Origin: Ralstonia phage RP13
Sequence record: LC554890.1
DNA length: 32,000 nucleotides
Direction: 5' to 3' (one strand)
The translations under genes and the position numbers were made by a program. The notes beneath the pieces are model-generated. The model was given only the letters and a program-made list of their open reading frames with translations. It had not been told where the DNA came from and did not search any database. Shown one piece after another: positions 18,450 through 26,087 of the stretch (position 1 is the first letter of the stretch; each line of letters starts with the position of its first letter).

Positions 18450-18900
18450 TATTGTTGTAACTCACATTCCTACAGGTCAAATTGCTATTGTGCCTGAGGA
18501 AGCTCTAACTCAGACTGATGAACTAGAGAAACTTGATGGTGATCTAGGTGAAGTAGCTAATTTGATGCTCACTGTAGGTGTGCCTCAGTTCAGACTACCT
18601 GATAATCAAGCTATCGCGGATTTGTTTGGTGATTGTGATACTCTGACATCATTCTGTGTAGCTCAAATGCGTGCTATTAGTAGCATTGTGCAGAATCCAC
18701 AAGTGATTGATGAATTTGCACTATTGCAGCTTGATGTAGATGTTGAATCATTTCTCTCTGTTATCAATGAGAATTTGATAGCTCTTAGAGATAGAATCAA
18801 GAATAACTATCGTGCTAATCAGTTGCCAGAAATGAAGGTACCTGAGCATACTACCATTGATAAGGTACAACAATTCCTGAAGCATCTACAATCACAATGA
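18427..18900 (+). CDS. Hypothetical protein
   Basis: 157 aa ORF; alternative ATG at 18442. Confidence 0.6.
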   Translation: MENLTMADIVVTHIPTGQIAIVPEEALTQTDELEKLDGDLGEVANLMLTVGVPQFRLPDNQAIADLFGDCDTLTSFCVAQMRAISSIVQNPQVIDEFALLQLDVDVESFLSVINENLIALRDRIKNNYRANQLPEMKVPEHTTIDKVQQFLKHLQSQ

Positions 18901-19061
18901 ATATTGAAGAACAACAGAAAATTACTCACAAATTGCAAGATAAGATTAATGAAGGTGTTAATGATAAAGAGGTTCATGATCTCTTACAGAAATCACTTGA
19001 TTTAATCTATTTCTTGCAAGAGAAATCTTCTGTATTATCTAAGTTATTGCCACGTGAATAA
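18897..19061 (+). CDS. Small hypothetical protein (54 aa), not in the supplied track
   Basis: ATGA overlap with the upstream stop. Reads MNIEEQQKITHKLQDKINEGVNDKEVHDLLQKSLDLIYFLQEKSSVLSKLLPRE and fills the 18900-19054 gap. Confidence 0.55.
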   Translation: MNIEEQQKITHKLQDKINEGVNDKEVHDLLQKSLDLIYFLQEKSSVLSKLLPRE

Positions 19062-19323
19062 ACAATGGGTGGTATATTTGCTTAGATGCTCTGACAATTC
19101 ACTCTATTGTGGTATTACTAATGATTTAACCAATCGTGTTAATACTCACAATAGAGGAGTTGGAGCTAAGTATACTCGCAGCAGATTACCAGTTAAAGTA
19201 GTGTATTCTGAGTCCGCTACTGATCGATCTGCAGCATCTAAACGTGAGTATGCTATTAAGCAACTGAGTAAGGCTCAGAAGGAGAAGATGGTTGCTGAGA
19301 ATAATCATGACAGAAGTGATTAA
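19054..19323 (+). CDS. GIY-YIG nuclease domain protein, UPF0213/YhbQ-like
   Basis: WVVYLLRCSDNSLYCGITNDLTNRVNTHNRGVGAKYTRSRLPVKVVYSESATDRSAASKREYAIKQLSKAQKEKMV. Confidence 0.9.
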   Translation: MNKQWVVYLLRCSDNSLYCGITNDLTNRVNTHNRGVGAKYTRSRLPVKVVYSESATDRSAASKREYAIKQLSKAQKEKMVAENNHDRSD

Positions 19324-19705
19324 GTATTTTGTATTGTCAATTGTATTTGCAATATGTCTTATTATTGTATTAGGATTGATTCTTTATATTCTAGATAAAG
19401 TATCAAATATTCTATACATTAGACGTGCTCGCGCTGATGAATTGGCAGTAAGACGTTATGCTCAGAGTCTATTAAGTGATTCATGGTGGTTTAGTGAATC
19501 AGAAGAAGCTATGCATGCTATTCAATTGCTAGCTAAGAATCTGGCATTTACTGGCAATATTAATGCTCGTGATATTAGTGGTATCCGAGATGAATGGCGT
19601 CGATTAGTATCAAGAGACCATAATGGCAAATCCATCAATCAAGAAGTTACCTCCCAATCTACCTTACCACCAATTTCGGACAGAATACCAGAAGTTGCTG
19701 GGTAA
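19292..19705 (+). CDS. Membrane-anchored hypothetical protein
   Basis: N-terminal hydrophobic span YFVLSIVFAICLIIVLGLILYIL. Confidence 0.55.
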   Translation: MLRIIMTEVIKYFVLSIVFAICLIIVLGLILYILDKVSNILYIRRARADELAVRRYAQSLLSDSWWFSESEEAMHAIQLLAKNLAFTGNINARDISGIRDEWRRLVSRDHNGKSINQEVTSQSTLPPISDRIPEVAG

Positions 19706-19811
19706 TGTGATTCATCCAGCACCATTCTTTCATGCAAGATATGGTGCTTATTGTAATTGGCATAGACAACAAGAGGTTAATAATGGCAACAGCTCGAAGT
19801 CTGCTGAATAA
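19623..19811 (+). CDS. Small overlapping hypothetical protein
   Basis: 62 aa; MANPSIKKLPPNLPYHQFRTEYQKLLG...HARYGAYCNWHRQQEVNNG looks protein-like and bridges the otherwise empty 19706-19782 gap. Confidence 0.4.
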   Translation: MANPSIKKLPPNLPYHQFRTEYQKLLGNVIHPAPFFHARYGAYCNWHRQQEVNNGNSSKSAE

Positions 19812-20109
19812 GATTCAAAGTATCAATGAAAGTCTTCTGGATGATAAACTAGAAGAACTTGGTGTAGTTAAAGACACTAATGCTACTGGCTTCTCTGATA
19901 AAGAGCAGAAGTGGTATGGTTGGTCTCATAGAGGCTACTGTGGATTTGGTATTGGAGATAAAATCTTCGATGCCTCACTCCTACCTGAAAGTATTAGTGA
20001 CACCAATGAATGGTCTGATGTTCCATTCAATCAATTAGGTACCAAAGACATTGAGTCTCTGGATGATGCTAAGATAGCTGCACAGAATTTTGCTGAATAT
20101 ATTGGATAA
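19783..20109 (+). CDS. Hypothetical protein
   Basis: Internal ATG at 19783 (MATARSLLNKIQSINES...) preferred over 19732; contains KWYGWSHRGYCGFGIGDKIF. Confidence 0.6.
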   Translation: MATARSLLNKIQSINESLLDDKLEELGVVKDTNATGFSDKEQKWYGWSHRGYCGFGIGDKIFDASLLPESISDTNEWSDVPFNQLGTKDIESLDDAKIAAQNFAEYIG

Positions 20110-20111
20110 TT

Positions 20112-20702
20112 ATGTCTAAAGCACGTACATTCTTAGAGAAAGCTAATGCTATTCTCCAGAAGAATAAGAGCAATTATGATCATCCAGCAGTTCAGTATAT
20201 TACTGAAGCTTATCAAGGTGATGGTCTGTACATTAAGGTAGTACCTGAAGTAGATTCAGATCAGGAAGTAATCAAGCGACTTGATGCTCTTGGTGTGGAT
20301 CATGGAGTAATCTTTACTGATGAACTCCATATTACGATTCTTTATGATCGTAAAGCTACTGAATCTCCTGAGGAAGTAGAACGTATTCGTGAAGTGAATT
20401 TCCGTTCTCCATATCTTGCTAGAGTGCAAGAAATGAAGACTATTATTGGCCATAATGATAAGCGTTATCTCATTCTGGAACTTGATAGCCCTATTCTGAA
20501 AGCTCTTCATGATAAATGGATTCAGTCTGGATTCTCACATTCATTCCCACAATATTTGCCTCATATGACTCTATGTAAAGAGCCTAATATTAATGAGGAA
20601 TCACATCCAGAGCAATTCAAGTCATTTAATGATAGTCTGAAGGATAACCCACTTATCATTAAGTTTGGACATGAAATTGTGGATGAAGTCAGGAAGGATT
20701 AA
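20112..20702 (+). CDS. 2H phosphoesterase, candidate anti-CBASS Acb1-like protein
   Basis: Two HxT motifs: ELHITILYDRK and YLPHMTLCKE. Spaced by RYLILELDSPILKALHDKWIQSGFSHSFPQ, as in the Acb1/T4 57B layout. Confidence 0.65.
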   Translation: MSKARTFLEKANAILQKNKSNYDHPAVQYITEAYQGDGLYIKVVPEVDSDQEVIKRLDALGVDHGVIFTDELHITILYDRKATESPEEVERIREVNFRSPYLARVQEMKTIIGHNDKRYLILELDSPILKALHDKWIQSGFSHSFPQYLPHMTLCKEPNINEESHPEQFKSFNDSLKDNPLIIKFGHEIVDEVRKD

Positions 20703-20745
20703 CATCTCTATAACAGAATGAGACCTTATAGACTTGGTCTCATTC
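20703..20745 (+). promoter_or_regulatory. Bipartite intergenic element copy 6 (CATCTCTAT-N12-CCTTATAG) with perfect 10-bp hairpin
   Basis: Box A ends at 20711, spacer 20712-20723, box B 20724-20731. GAATGAGACC (20716-20725), loop TTATAGACTT, GGTCTCATTC (20736-20745). Confidence 0.7.
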
Positions 20746-20759
20746 CATTAAGGTAAATC

Positions 20760-22016
20760 ATGACATTTCCAGTAATTGAATTCGAAGGTGTACAAGTACA
20801 AATTACACCTGGCTCATCAGGGCTGCTAGCTAAGGGTGTGCTACCTGTTGGTACCTCAGCAGGTGTGCCTAAACTGAGCGAACGAGTACAGAAGGGTGAT
20901 AATGAACTTGTCAATAAGTTCATTGACACATTCGGTGAATTCCAGGTGAAAGCTGGTGTTCTGGATAATCTACCTAAGAGCATTGCTAAGCTACTAGGTC
21001 AGGCACCTGTCCGTGCTCCTCGTGCTCCATCTGCACCTCAGCCTAATACTCAACCTACTGCTATCAATGAAGCAGTACGAGTAGCTCCAGTGATTCCAGC
21101 AGCGCCTGCATTTACTGCACCTGAGATTCAACCATTCGTGTATGAAGCTCATGGCGTACCACAAGCTGATATTGATAAGTTTGCTGCTCATATGCGTGAG
21201 TTCAGTTCTTATTCACAGCAGCTTGGTACATCAGGTCATGGTAAGGGCACTCGACTCTCGCTGCTGATGGAGTTCTTCAAGTATCTAGGATTTAAGTTCC
21301 GTATTCAAACTATCCAGATTCTCAAGGAGAATCGTGGTACACCTAAAGGCTATGCAGGTGTATTCTGTGATGATCTGAATATGTTCATCCTTGGTAAGTG
21401 GGTACAATCCAATATCAGCAAGTTGTATTCATGGTCATCAATGGATACCTTCACTGGTCCTGGTAATTATTGGACTGATGTGTGGCTTGTACAGCAACTG
21501 AAGGATAAGCACTTCCTACAAGAAGGCTATGTAGCTTCATTTGGTCCTCAACTCTGGGCTAAGGCTCTGACTGAATATGGTTATGATGTTATTCAGAAGG
21601 TTGGCTATGAGTACGAGACTAAGGAGCAGATGCTGGCTCGTGTAGTAGAACGTCAAGGTCGTGAATGTAAGGGTGATGCTGCATGGTCACAGAATCATCT
21701 GGCACGTCAGGTGATTACTGAAGATCAGAAGTTCAAGGATGAAAATCCTGGTACTAATGAATATATCTTCCTGAGCATGCAACGATTTGATGTTGATGTA
21801 AACTTCTATGGTGTTCATTATCTGCAATCACATGGTGCTCCTCAATCTATTATTGATGAGTTCATTAAGTTCGCTGATAAATATAGCACCAAGCGTCATT
21901 ATCTAGCTGAATCTGATAACTTCAATCGATTTGCTTATACCTACCAAGAGCAGGTTAAGGAATTCAATGCTGCTACTACCTTCGACTATGTCCATGACGA
22001 TATGAAGAAGCAATAA
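20760..22016 (+). CDS. Hypothetical protein with Ala/Pro-rich linker
   Basis: 418 aa; APVRAPRAPSAPQPNTQPTAINEAVRVAPVIPAAPAFTAP linker between two domains. Confidence 0.7.
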   Translation: MTFPVIEFEGVQVQITPGSSGLLAKGVLPVGTSAGVPKLSERVQKGDNELVNKFIDTFGEFQVKAGVLDNLPKSIAKLLGQAPVRAPRAPSAPQPNTQPTAINEAVRVAPVIPAAPAFTAPEIQPFVYEAHGVPQADIDKFAAHMREFSSYSQQLGTSGHGKGTRLSLLMEFFKYLGFKFRIQTIQILKENRGTPKGYAGVFCDDLNMFILGKWVQSNISKLYSWSSMDTFTGPGNYWTDVWLVQQLKDKHFLQEGYVASFGPQLWAKALTEYGYDVIQKVGYEYETKEQMLARVVERQGRECKGDAAWSQNHLARQVITEDQKFKDENPGTNEYIFLSMQRFDVDVNFYGVHYLQSHGAPQSIIDEFIKFADKYSTKRHYLAESDNFNRFAYTYQEQVKEFNAATTFDYVHDDMKKQ

Positions 22017-22062
22017 CAGCTCTATGGGAGGATAAGACCTTGTAAGGTTGGGTCTTATCCTC
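22017..22062 (+). promoter_or_regulatory. Bipartite intergenic element copy 7 (CAGCTCTAT-N12-CCTTGTAAG) with perfect 12-bp hairpin
   Basis: Box A 22017-22025, spacer 22026-22037, box B 22038-22046. GAGGATAAGACC (22028-22039) pairs with GGTCTTATCCTC (22051-22062). Confidence 0.75.
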
Positions 22063-22083
22063 TTACACACATTAAGGCAATTT

Positions 22084-22419
22084 ATGCAATCACATGTTCT
22101 TATCATTATTAAGAAGCCTGATACATTAGCCCATATTGCTCATGGTTTAATGTATGGCGCGGAGTGCTATGAGAATTTACCTATTGGCACTCCTATTGCT
22201 CTAGAATATTTTCATGTTAGTACTAGTTACCAACGTAGGAATCTAGCTAGTGCTCTTGGTGTGGATATTAATGATTTTGCTACTCATAGTATTGATCCTG
22301 AGAAAGTAAATCCTGAGCATCTAGTTACAATTGAGCCTGATCACTTTGATGATTTCTCGCATATTATGGGTAATTATCAAGATCAAATTATTGCAATGAT
22401 GTTTATGCCATATATGTAA
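22084..22419 (+). CDS. Hypothetical protein
   Basis: Start moved from 22048, which lies inside hairpin 7, to ATG 22084 (MQSHVLIIIKKPDTLAHIAHGLMYG...). Confidence 0.55.
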   Translation: MQSHVLIIIKKPDTLAHIAHGLMYGAECYENLPIGTPIALEYFHVSTSYQRRNLASALGVDINDFATHSIDPEKVNPEHLVTIEPDHFDDFSHIMGNYQDQIIAMMFMPYM

Positions 22420-22420
22420 T

Positions 22421-22660
22421 ATGGAATGTACACATTCAGCCAAGAAGACAGTAACATCTACCTTTATTCATCCTATTATTGGTGATGAAGAAGTAGAGAC
22501 TAATGTTATTAATGAATTCACTTATGAAGATATTAGTCTTCATAGATTTAAATGTACTCAATGTAATAAAGTATTCTATTATTCAGAAGCAGCACGTAAG
22601 TATTACGAAGAAGGTATTAAATCTAATATATTAGGCCTAGATGGCAAAGGTGAATTATAA
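22421..22660 (+). CDS. Small zinc-ribbon-like hypothetical protein
   Basis: 79 aa; MECTHSAKK...HRFKCTQCNKVFYYSEAARKYY has a CxxC pair. Confidence 0.55.
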   Translation: MECTHSAKKTVTSTFIHPIIGDEEVETNVINEFTYEDISLHRFKCTQCNKVFYYSEAARKYYEEGIKSNILGLDGKGEL

Positions 22661-25437
22661 TGGCACGCATTCTAACAACATCTGATATTCATATTCACGA
22701 TTATCCCGATCATAACTTGTTCGGTGATAAATCATTTAGACTTAATCAATTCATTGGTCTTGCTCATCGTCTTCTAGAGATTGCAGAAGAGAAGAAGTGT
22801 GATTATATGGTACTTGGTGGTGATATTATCCACCGTCCTATTATTCCACCAAAGACTGCTCACGCAGTATCTAAGTTCTTTGATATTCTAGGTACTAAGT
22901 TTGATAAAGATCATCTTCTCTTCATTCTAGGCCAACATGACTTGAATACCAAGTCTAATGATCAAGCACTAGAAGACACTATTATCCACGTACTTGGCAA
23001 GCATGCTACTTACATGGATGGTAAGATTATCAATATTGATGGTAAGAGCATTGCATTTAGTAATTGGCGTCCAGCTCAAGATTGGTCATTTATTAAAGAA
23101 CCAGTCGATATTATGTTTGGTCACCTAACACTAAGCACACTCTTCGGACAAGAGTATGATGATACTAAGTATAAGCTTGGTATCTTTGGTGATATTCACA
23201 CACCAACAACTATTGGTAATAGTCATTCAATCAATGTACCTATCCCACACTATATTGGAGATTGCCAAGATGGTTCAGTAGTTGTGGTTGATACTGACAC
23301 AATCTCATTTGAACGTGTTCTTACTGAATCTGCATCTTATAAGCATCTTAAGATCAAGTATGAAGATTTGGTCACAGAATCTAATGAATACACTATCTCA
23401 GTTAAGCGTCCTACTACTGTTGTGTCAGTAGATGCAGTTCACCGTAGTATTGATCTTGATACTGTAATTGCTGAAGTAGTGAAAGCTACTGATTGTCAGG
23501 ATATTCACGCACGACTCTCCACGTTCGTAGATCGTGCTGGTGTAGAAGCTACTGATCTTAACTTCGTAATTGAAGAGATCGAGATTAAGAACTTCAGATC
23601 CATTAAGGATTTCACATTCCGTCCTGGTACTGGCATTACCGCTATTACTGGTCCTAATGGTGCTGGTAAGTCATCATTCATGAAGGCATTTGACTTTCTA
23701 TTCAGACCACCACGCTCATTTAAGAACTTGGTAAGTAAGTGGTCTGATGAGATGTCAGTTCGCATGAAGATTAGCTATGGTGGTAATATTCATGATATTA
23801 CCCGTGGTATCTCAGGTGGTGGTTATCTTGAGTACTTGATTAATGGTGAACCTGTAGCTGCAGTATCACAATCAGAGAAGCACACTGCGTTGATAACTAA
23901 TCTGCCATTCGTGAAGTTTATGGATGTCATGTATCGTCGACAAGGTGCTCCTACTGTACTAAGTGATTATAACTATTCTGGTCGTATTGAACTGGTTAAT
24001 AGTCTGCTTGGTCTGATGTTGATTGATCGATATTTCACTGTAGGTAAGAAGGAAGTAGATCGTATTCAGAAACTCATTACTGCACTTACAACTACTATCA
24101 CCAAGCAAGAGGGTGTAGTAGAGGCAAATAATGATGACTTTACTCAGCTTGATACCCTTGATGCTAAGCGTATTGAGTTGGATAATATTCTAGATGCCAA
24201 GAAGAATGTAAGTACTGCACTTGAGACTCTTAGTAAGATTGATACTATTAGTGCACTTATTGAGAGCACTACTCGTGCACGTGATGCATGTGTGTTTGAT
24301 CCAATTCTTGTTGCTACTGATGTAGCCGAGATGCAGTCGAATATTGCAGAAGGTGAGAAGATTGTAACTGGTCTGCTAACTGCTGCTAATCAATCGCGTA
24401 CTAACAAGACCGTATTGTACACTAAACGTGCTACTATGACAGCTGAGATTGAGAAGCTGCGTAATAGTAAGGGCAATGTGAAGACTACATGCCCATCATG
24501 TAAGCGTGCTCTTGATAGTAATGATTTCCAATCAGTGCTGGATCATATTGATGAAGAAATCACTAAAATTGAACAGCAGATTAGTTCACTAAATAATGAG
24601 ACTGATTGGCAGAATCTGGATAGTATTATTGCAGAAGCAGATAAGAATTATGCTGAAGCTAATGATATGCTAGCATTCATGAAGTCACAACTTGCTTCTA
24701 TTGATAAGGAGAAAAAGACTAAGGCTCAGTATGACTTTCAGGATGGCCTACTAAATAAGCACAAGGAGGATCTTGCTCAACATCAAGGCAAGGTACTCAC
24801 ACCTCGTAATGAACTACAAGAGGCTATTACTGCTCTTAATCAAGGTGAGATTCAGCTTCGTTCTGATATTACTAGGCTGGAGATGCTTGGTCAGAAGAAG
24901 ATCAAGTACGAAGCTGCCGTTGCTGATCTAGAAGCCAAGAATCAAGAGCGAACTGTATTGGCTGGTGAATTGGTAGATGCTCAGAAATATGCTCAATTAT
25001 TCCATCCTACTGGTAGTGTGATTAAGTCAGTATATTTGGAAGTAGCTAAGTTACTGAGTGACTCCAATATCACTGTACGTACAGTGAAGACCCTTGCTAG
25101 TGGTGAAGATCGTATTGACTTTGATATTGACTTCAAGGTAGGTGATTATCTGGTTGCTTATGATGATCTATCAGGCGGTCAGCAAGTCAGAGTGGATATG
25201 TACTTCCTTACTCGTCTATTTAAGATGTCAGGGCGAGTTGGTGTACTAATCTTTGATGAAACTCTTCGTGATCTGGATCCAAATGCACTTGAGAATGTAG
25301 CTCGAGTACTGCAAGAAGCTCCGGTAAATACTGTTCTACTATCTACTCACGTAGAATCATTCGCTTATTATTCGAATAAGCTAGGTGTGGAGTTGGTAAA
25401 TAATCAGAGTCAGTTCCATTATGAAGGTGTAGCATAA
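22660..25437 (+). CDS. SbcD-SbcC (Mre11-Rad50) single-chain fusion nuclease/ATPase
   Basis: 925 aa. N-terminus: TTSDIHIHD, VLGGDIIHR, ILGQHD, FGH, FGDIHTP (metallophosphoesterase). C-terminus: IKNFRSIKDFTF, ITGPNGAGKSSFMKA (Walker A), CPSCKR (zinc hook) flanked by coiled coil, LSGGQQVRVDMYF, VLIFDETLRDLDP, LLSTH. Confidence 0.93.
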   Translation: MARILTTSDIHIHDYPDHNLFGDKSFRLNQFIGLAHRLLEIAEEKKCDYMVLGGDIIHRPIIPPKTAHAVSKFFDILGTKFDKDHLLFILGQHDLNTKSNDQALEDTIIHVLGKHATYMDGKIINIDGKSIAFSNWRPAQDWSFIKEPVDIMFGHLTLSTLFGQEYDDTKYKLGIFGDIHTPTTIGNSHSINVPIPHYIGDCQDGSVVVVDTDTISFERVLTESASYKHLKIKYEDLVTESNEYTISVKRPTTVVSVDAVHRSIDLDTVIAEVVKATDCQDIHARLSTFVDRAGVEATDLNFVIEEIEIKNFRSIKDFTFRPGTGITAITGPNGAGKSSFMKAFDFLFRPPRSFKNLVSKWSDEMSVRMKISYGGNIHDITRGISGGGYLEYLINGEPVAAVSQSEKHTALITNLPFVKFMDVMYRRQGAPTVLSDYNYSGRIELVNSLLGLMLIDRYFTVGKKEVDRIQKLITALTTTITKQEGVVEANNDDFTQLDTLDAKRIELDNILDAKKNVSTALETLSKIDTISALIESTTRARDACVFDPILVATDVAEMQSNIAEGEKIVTGLLTAANQSRTNKTVLYTKRATMTAEIEKLRNSKGNVKTTCPSCKRALDSNDFQSVLDHIDEEITKIEQQISSLNNETDWQNLDSIIAEADKNYAEANDMLAFMKSQLASIDKEKKTKAQYDFQDGLLNKHKEDLAQHQGKVLTPRNELQEAITALNQGEIQLRSDITRLEMLGQKKIKYEAAVADLEAKNQERTVLAGELVDAQKYAQLFHPTGSVIKSVYLEVAKLLSDSNITVRTVKTLASGEDRIDFDIDFKVGDYLVAYDDLSGGQQVRVDMYFLTRLFKMSGRVGVLIFDETLRDLDPNALENVARVLQEAPVNTVLLSTHVESFAYYSNKLGVELVNNQSQFHYEGVA

Positions 25438-25442
25438 GATGT

Positions 25443-25464
25443 GGGAGGGTGTAATAGCCCTTCC
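25443..25464 (+). promoter_or_regulatory. Intergenic hairpin after the sbcDC-like gene
   Basis: GGGAGGG (25443-25449), loop TGTAATAG, CCCTTCC (25458-25464), one G-U pair. Confidence 0.45.
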
Positions 25465-25476
25465 TATTCTCTTGAT

Positions 25477-25501
25477 GTAAAAATACTTAAAATATTTTTA
25501 C
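25477..25501 (+). promoter_or_regulatory. AT-rich inverted repeat
   Basis: GTAAAAATA (25477-25485), loop CTTAAAA, TATTTTTAC (25493-25501). Confidence 0.4.
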
Positions 25502-25506
25502 CTGAA

Positions 25507-25556
25507 GGGAATGTTAGCAGTTGTTAGAAGCAGTTGCTTTGGCCGGAATTTCCCGG
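25507..25556 (+). ncRNA. Two-hairpin intergenic element, copy A
   Basis: GGGAATGTTAGCAGT...; stem GCAGTTG/CAGTTGC (25517-25523/25531-25537, two G-U pairs), TTTGGC, stem CCGG/CCGG (25543-25546/25553-25556). Sister copy at 29535. Confidence 0.5.
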
Positions 25557-25573
25557 TGTTCTGTTAATAGGAA

Positions 25574-25843
25574 ATGATCATGAATGTTTCTTACGCTGAA
25601 GTAGGTACGAGATTTATTATCCACCCTGCTCCTCCTGAATACGATAATTGGGGCTACAATGAGCAAGGTGAGAAATGGGAACATTCATTCTGTGTAATGG
25701 ATGATTATGGCACTGCAGTGCCAGTCAGCCCGTTCAATGTCCAGAACGACGATTACACTCCATTCTGGGGGCCTGATTATGATCCCAATACCCCTCCAGG
25801 TCAGCCGTATAAGTACGTAGAATACCAACAATTGCCGCACTAA
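25574..25843 (+). CDS. Hypothetical protein
   Basis: 89 aa ORF after the two-hairpin element. Confidence 0.55.
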   Translation: MIMNVSYAEVGTRFIIHPAPPEYDNWGYNEQGEKWEHSFCVMDDYGTAVPVSPFNVQNDDYTPFWGPDYDPNTPPGQPYKYVEYQQLPH

Positions 25844-25848
25844 TACGA

Positions 25849-25879
25849 ACGACGCTATGGAGCTCTCAGACCTTGTAGA
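25849..25879 (+). promoter_or_regulatory. Bipartite element copy 8 (ACGACGCTAT-N12-CCTTGTAGA)
   Basis: Box A 25849-25858, spacer 25859-25870, box B 25871-25879. It spans the start codon of the next ORF. Confidence 0.6.
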
Positions 25880-26087
25880 GGCAATGGGAGCTCCTGCACG
25901 GAGCATTCCCAGTATGGATAAGTCTTATTTCATTGTAGTAGAAAAAGCTACTGAGCAAGACCTTGTACGTGAAGCTAGACGCAAATTCGCTGATGGATAT
26001 AAGCCTACGACGGGTAATGTGTATTACAATCCGTTTATCGGTAAATATCAGTGCAGCATGATTCTCTCCAACTCGAAGACGCTATGA
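25857..26087 (+). CDS. Hypothetical protein
   Basis: 76 aa ORF whose start codon is embedded in element copy 8. Confidence 0.5.
   Translation: MELSDLVEAMGAPARSIPSMDKSYFIVVEKATEQDLVREARRKFADGYKPTTGNVYYNPFIGKYQCSMILSNSKTL

Noticed and set aside
19054-19323. GIY-YIG ORF as a homing endonuclease or mobile element
   Set aside because: At 89 aa it matches the stand-alone UPF0213/YhbQ pattern (YLLRCSDNSLYCGIT...GAKYTRSRLPVKVVYSE) and lacks a DNA-binding extension. No intron or insertion site is apparent.
20716-20745. Element hairpins (copies 1, 2, 6, 7) as rho-independent terminators
   Set aside because: Strong stems but no U-tract follows. They run into purine-rich RBS-like sequence (e.g. ATTAAGG) and the next start codon.
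26051-26083. GTG start at 26051 for the topoisomerase large subunit, TTG/GTG starts at 45 and 22048, and the start at 19732
   Set aside because: Downstream ATGs (26084, 22084, 19783) fit better, and the first ORF is open to the window edge. The 22048 start lies inside a hairpin.
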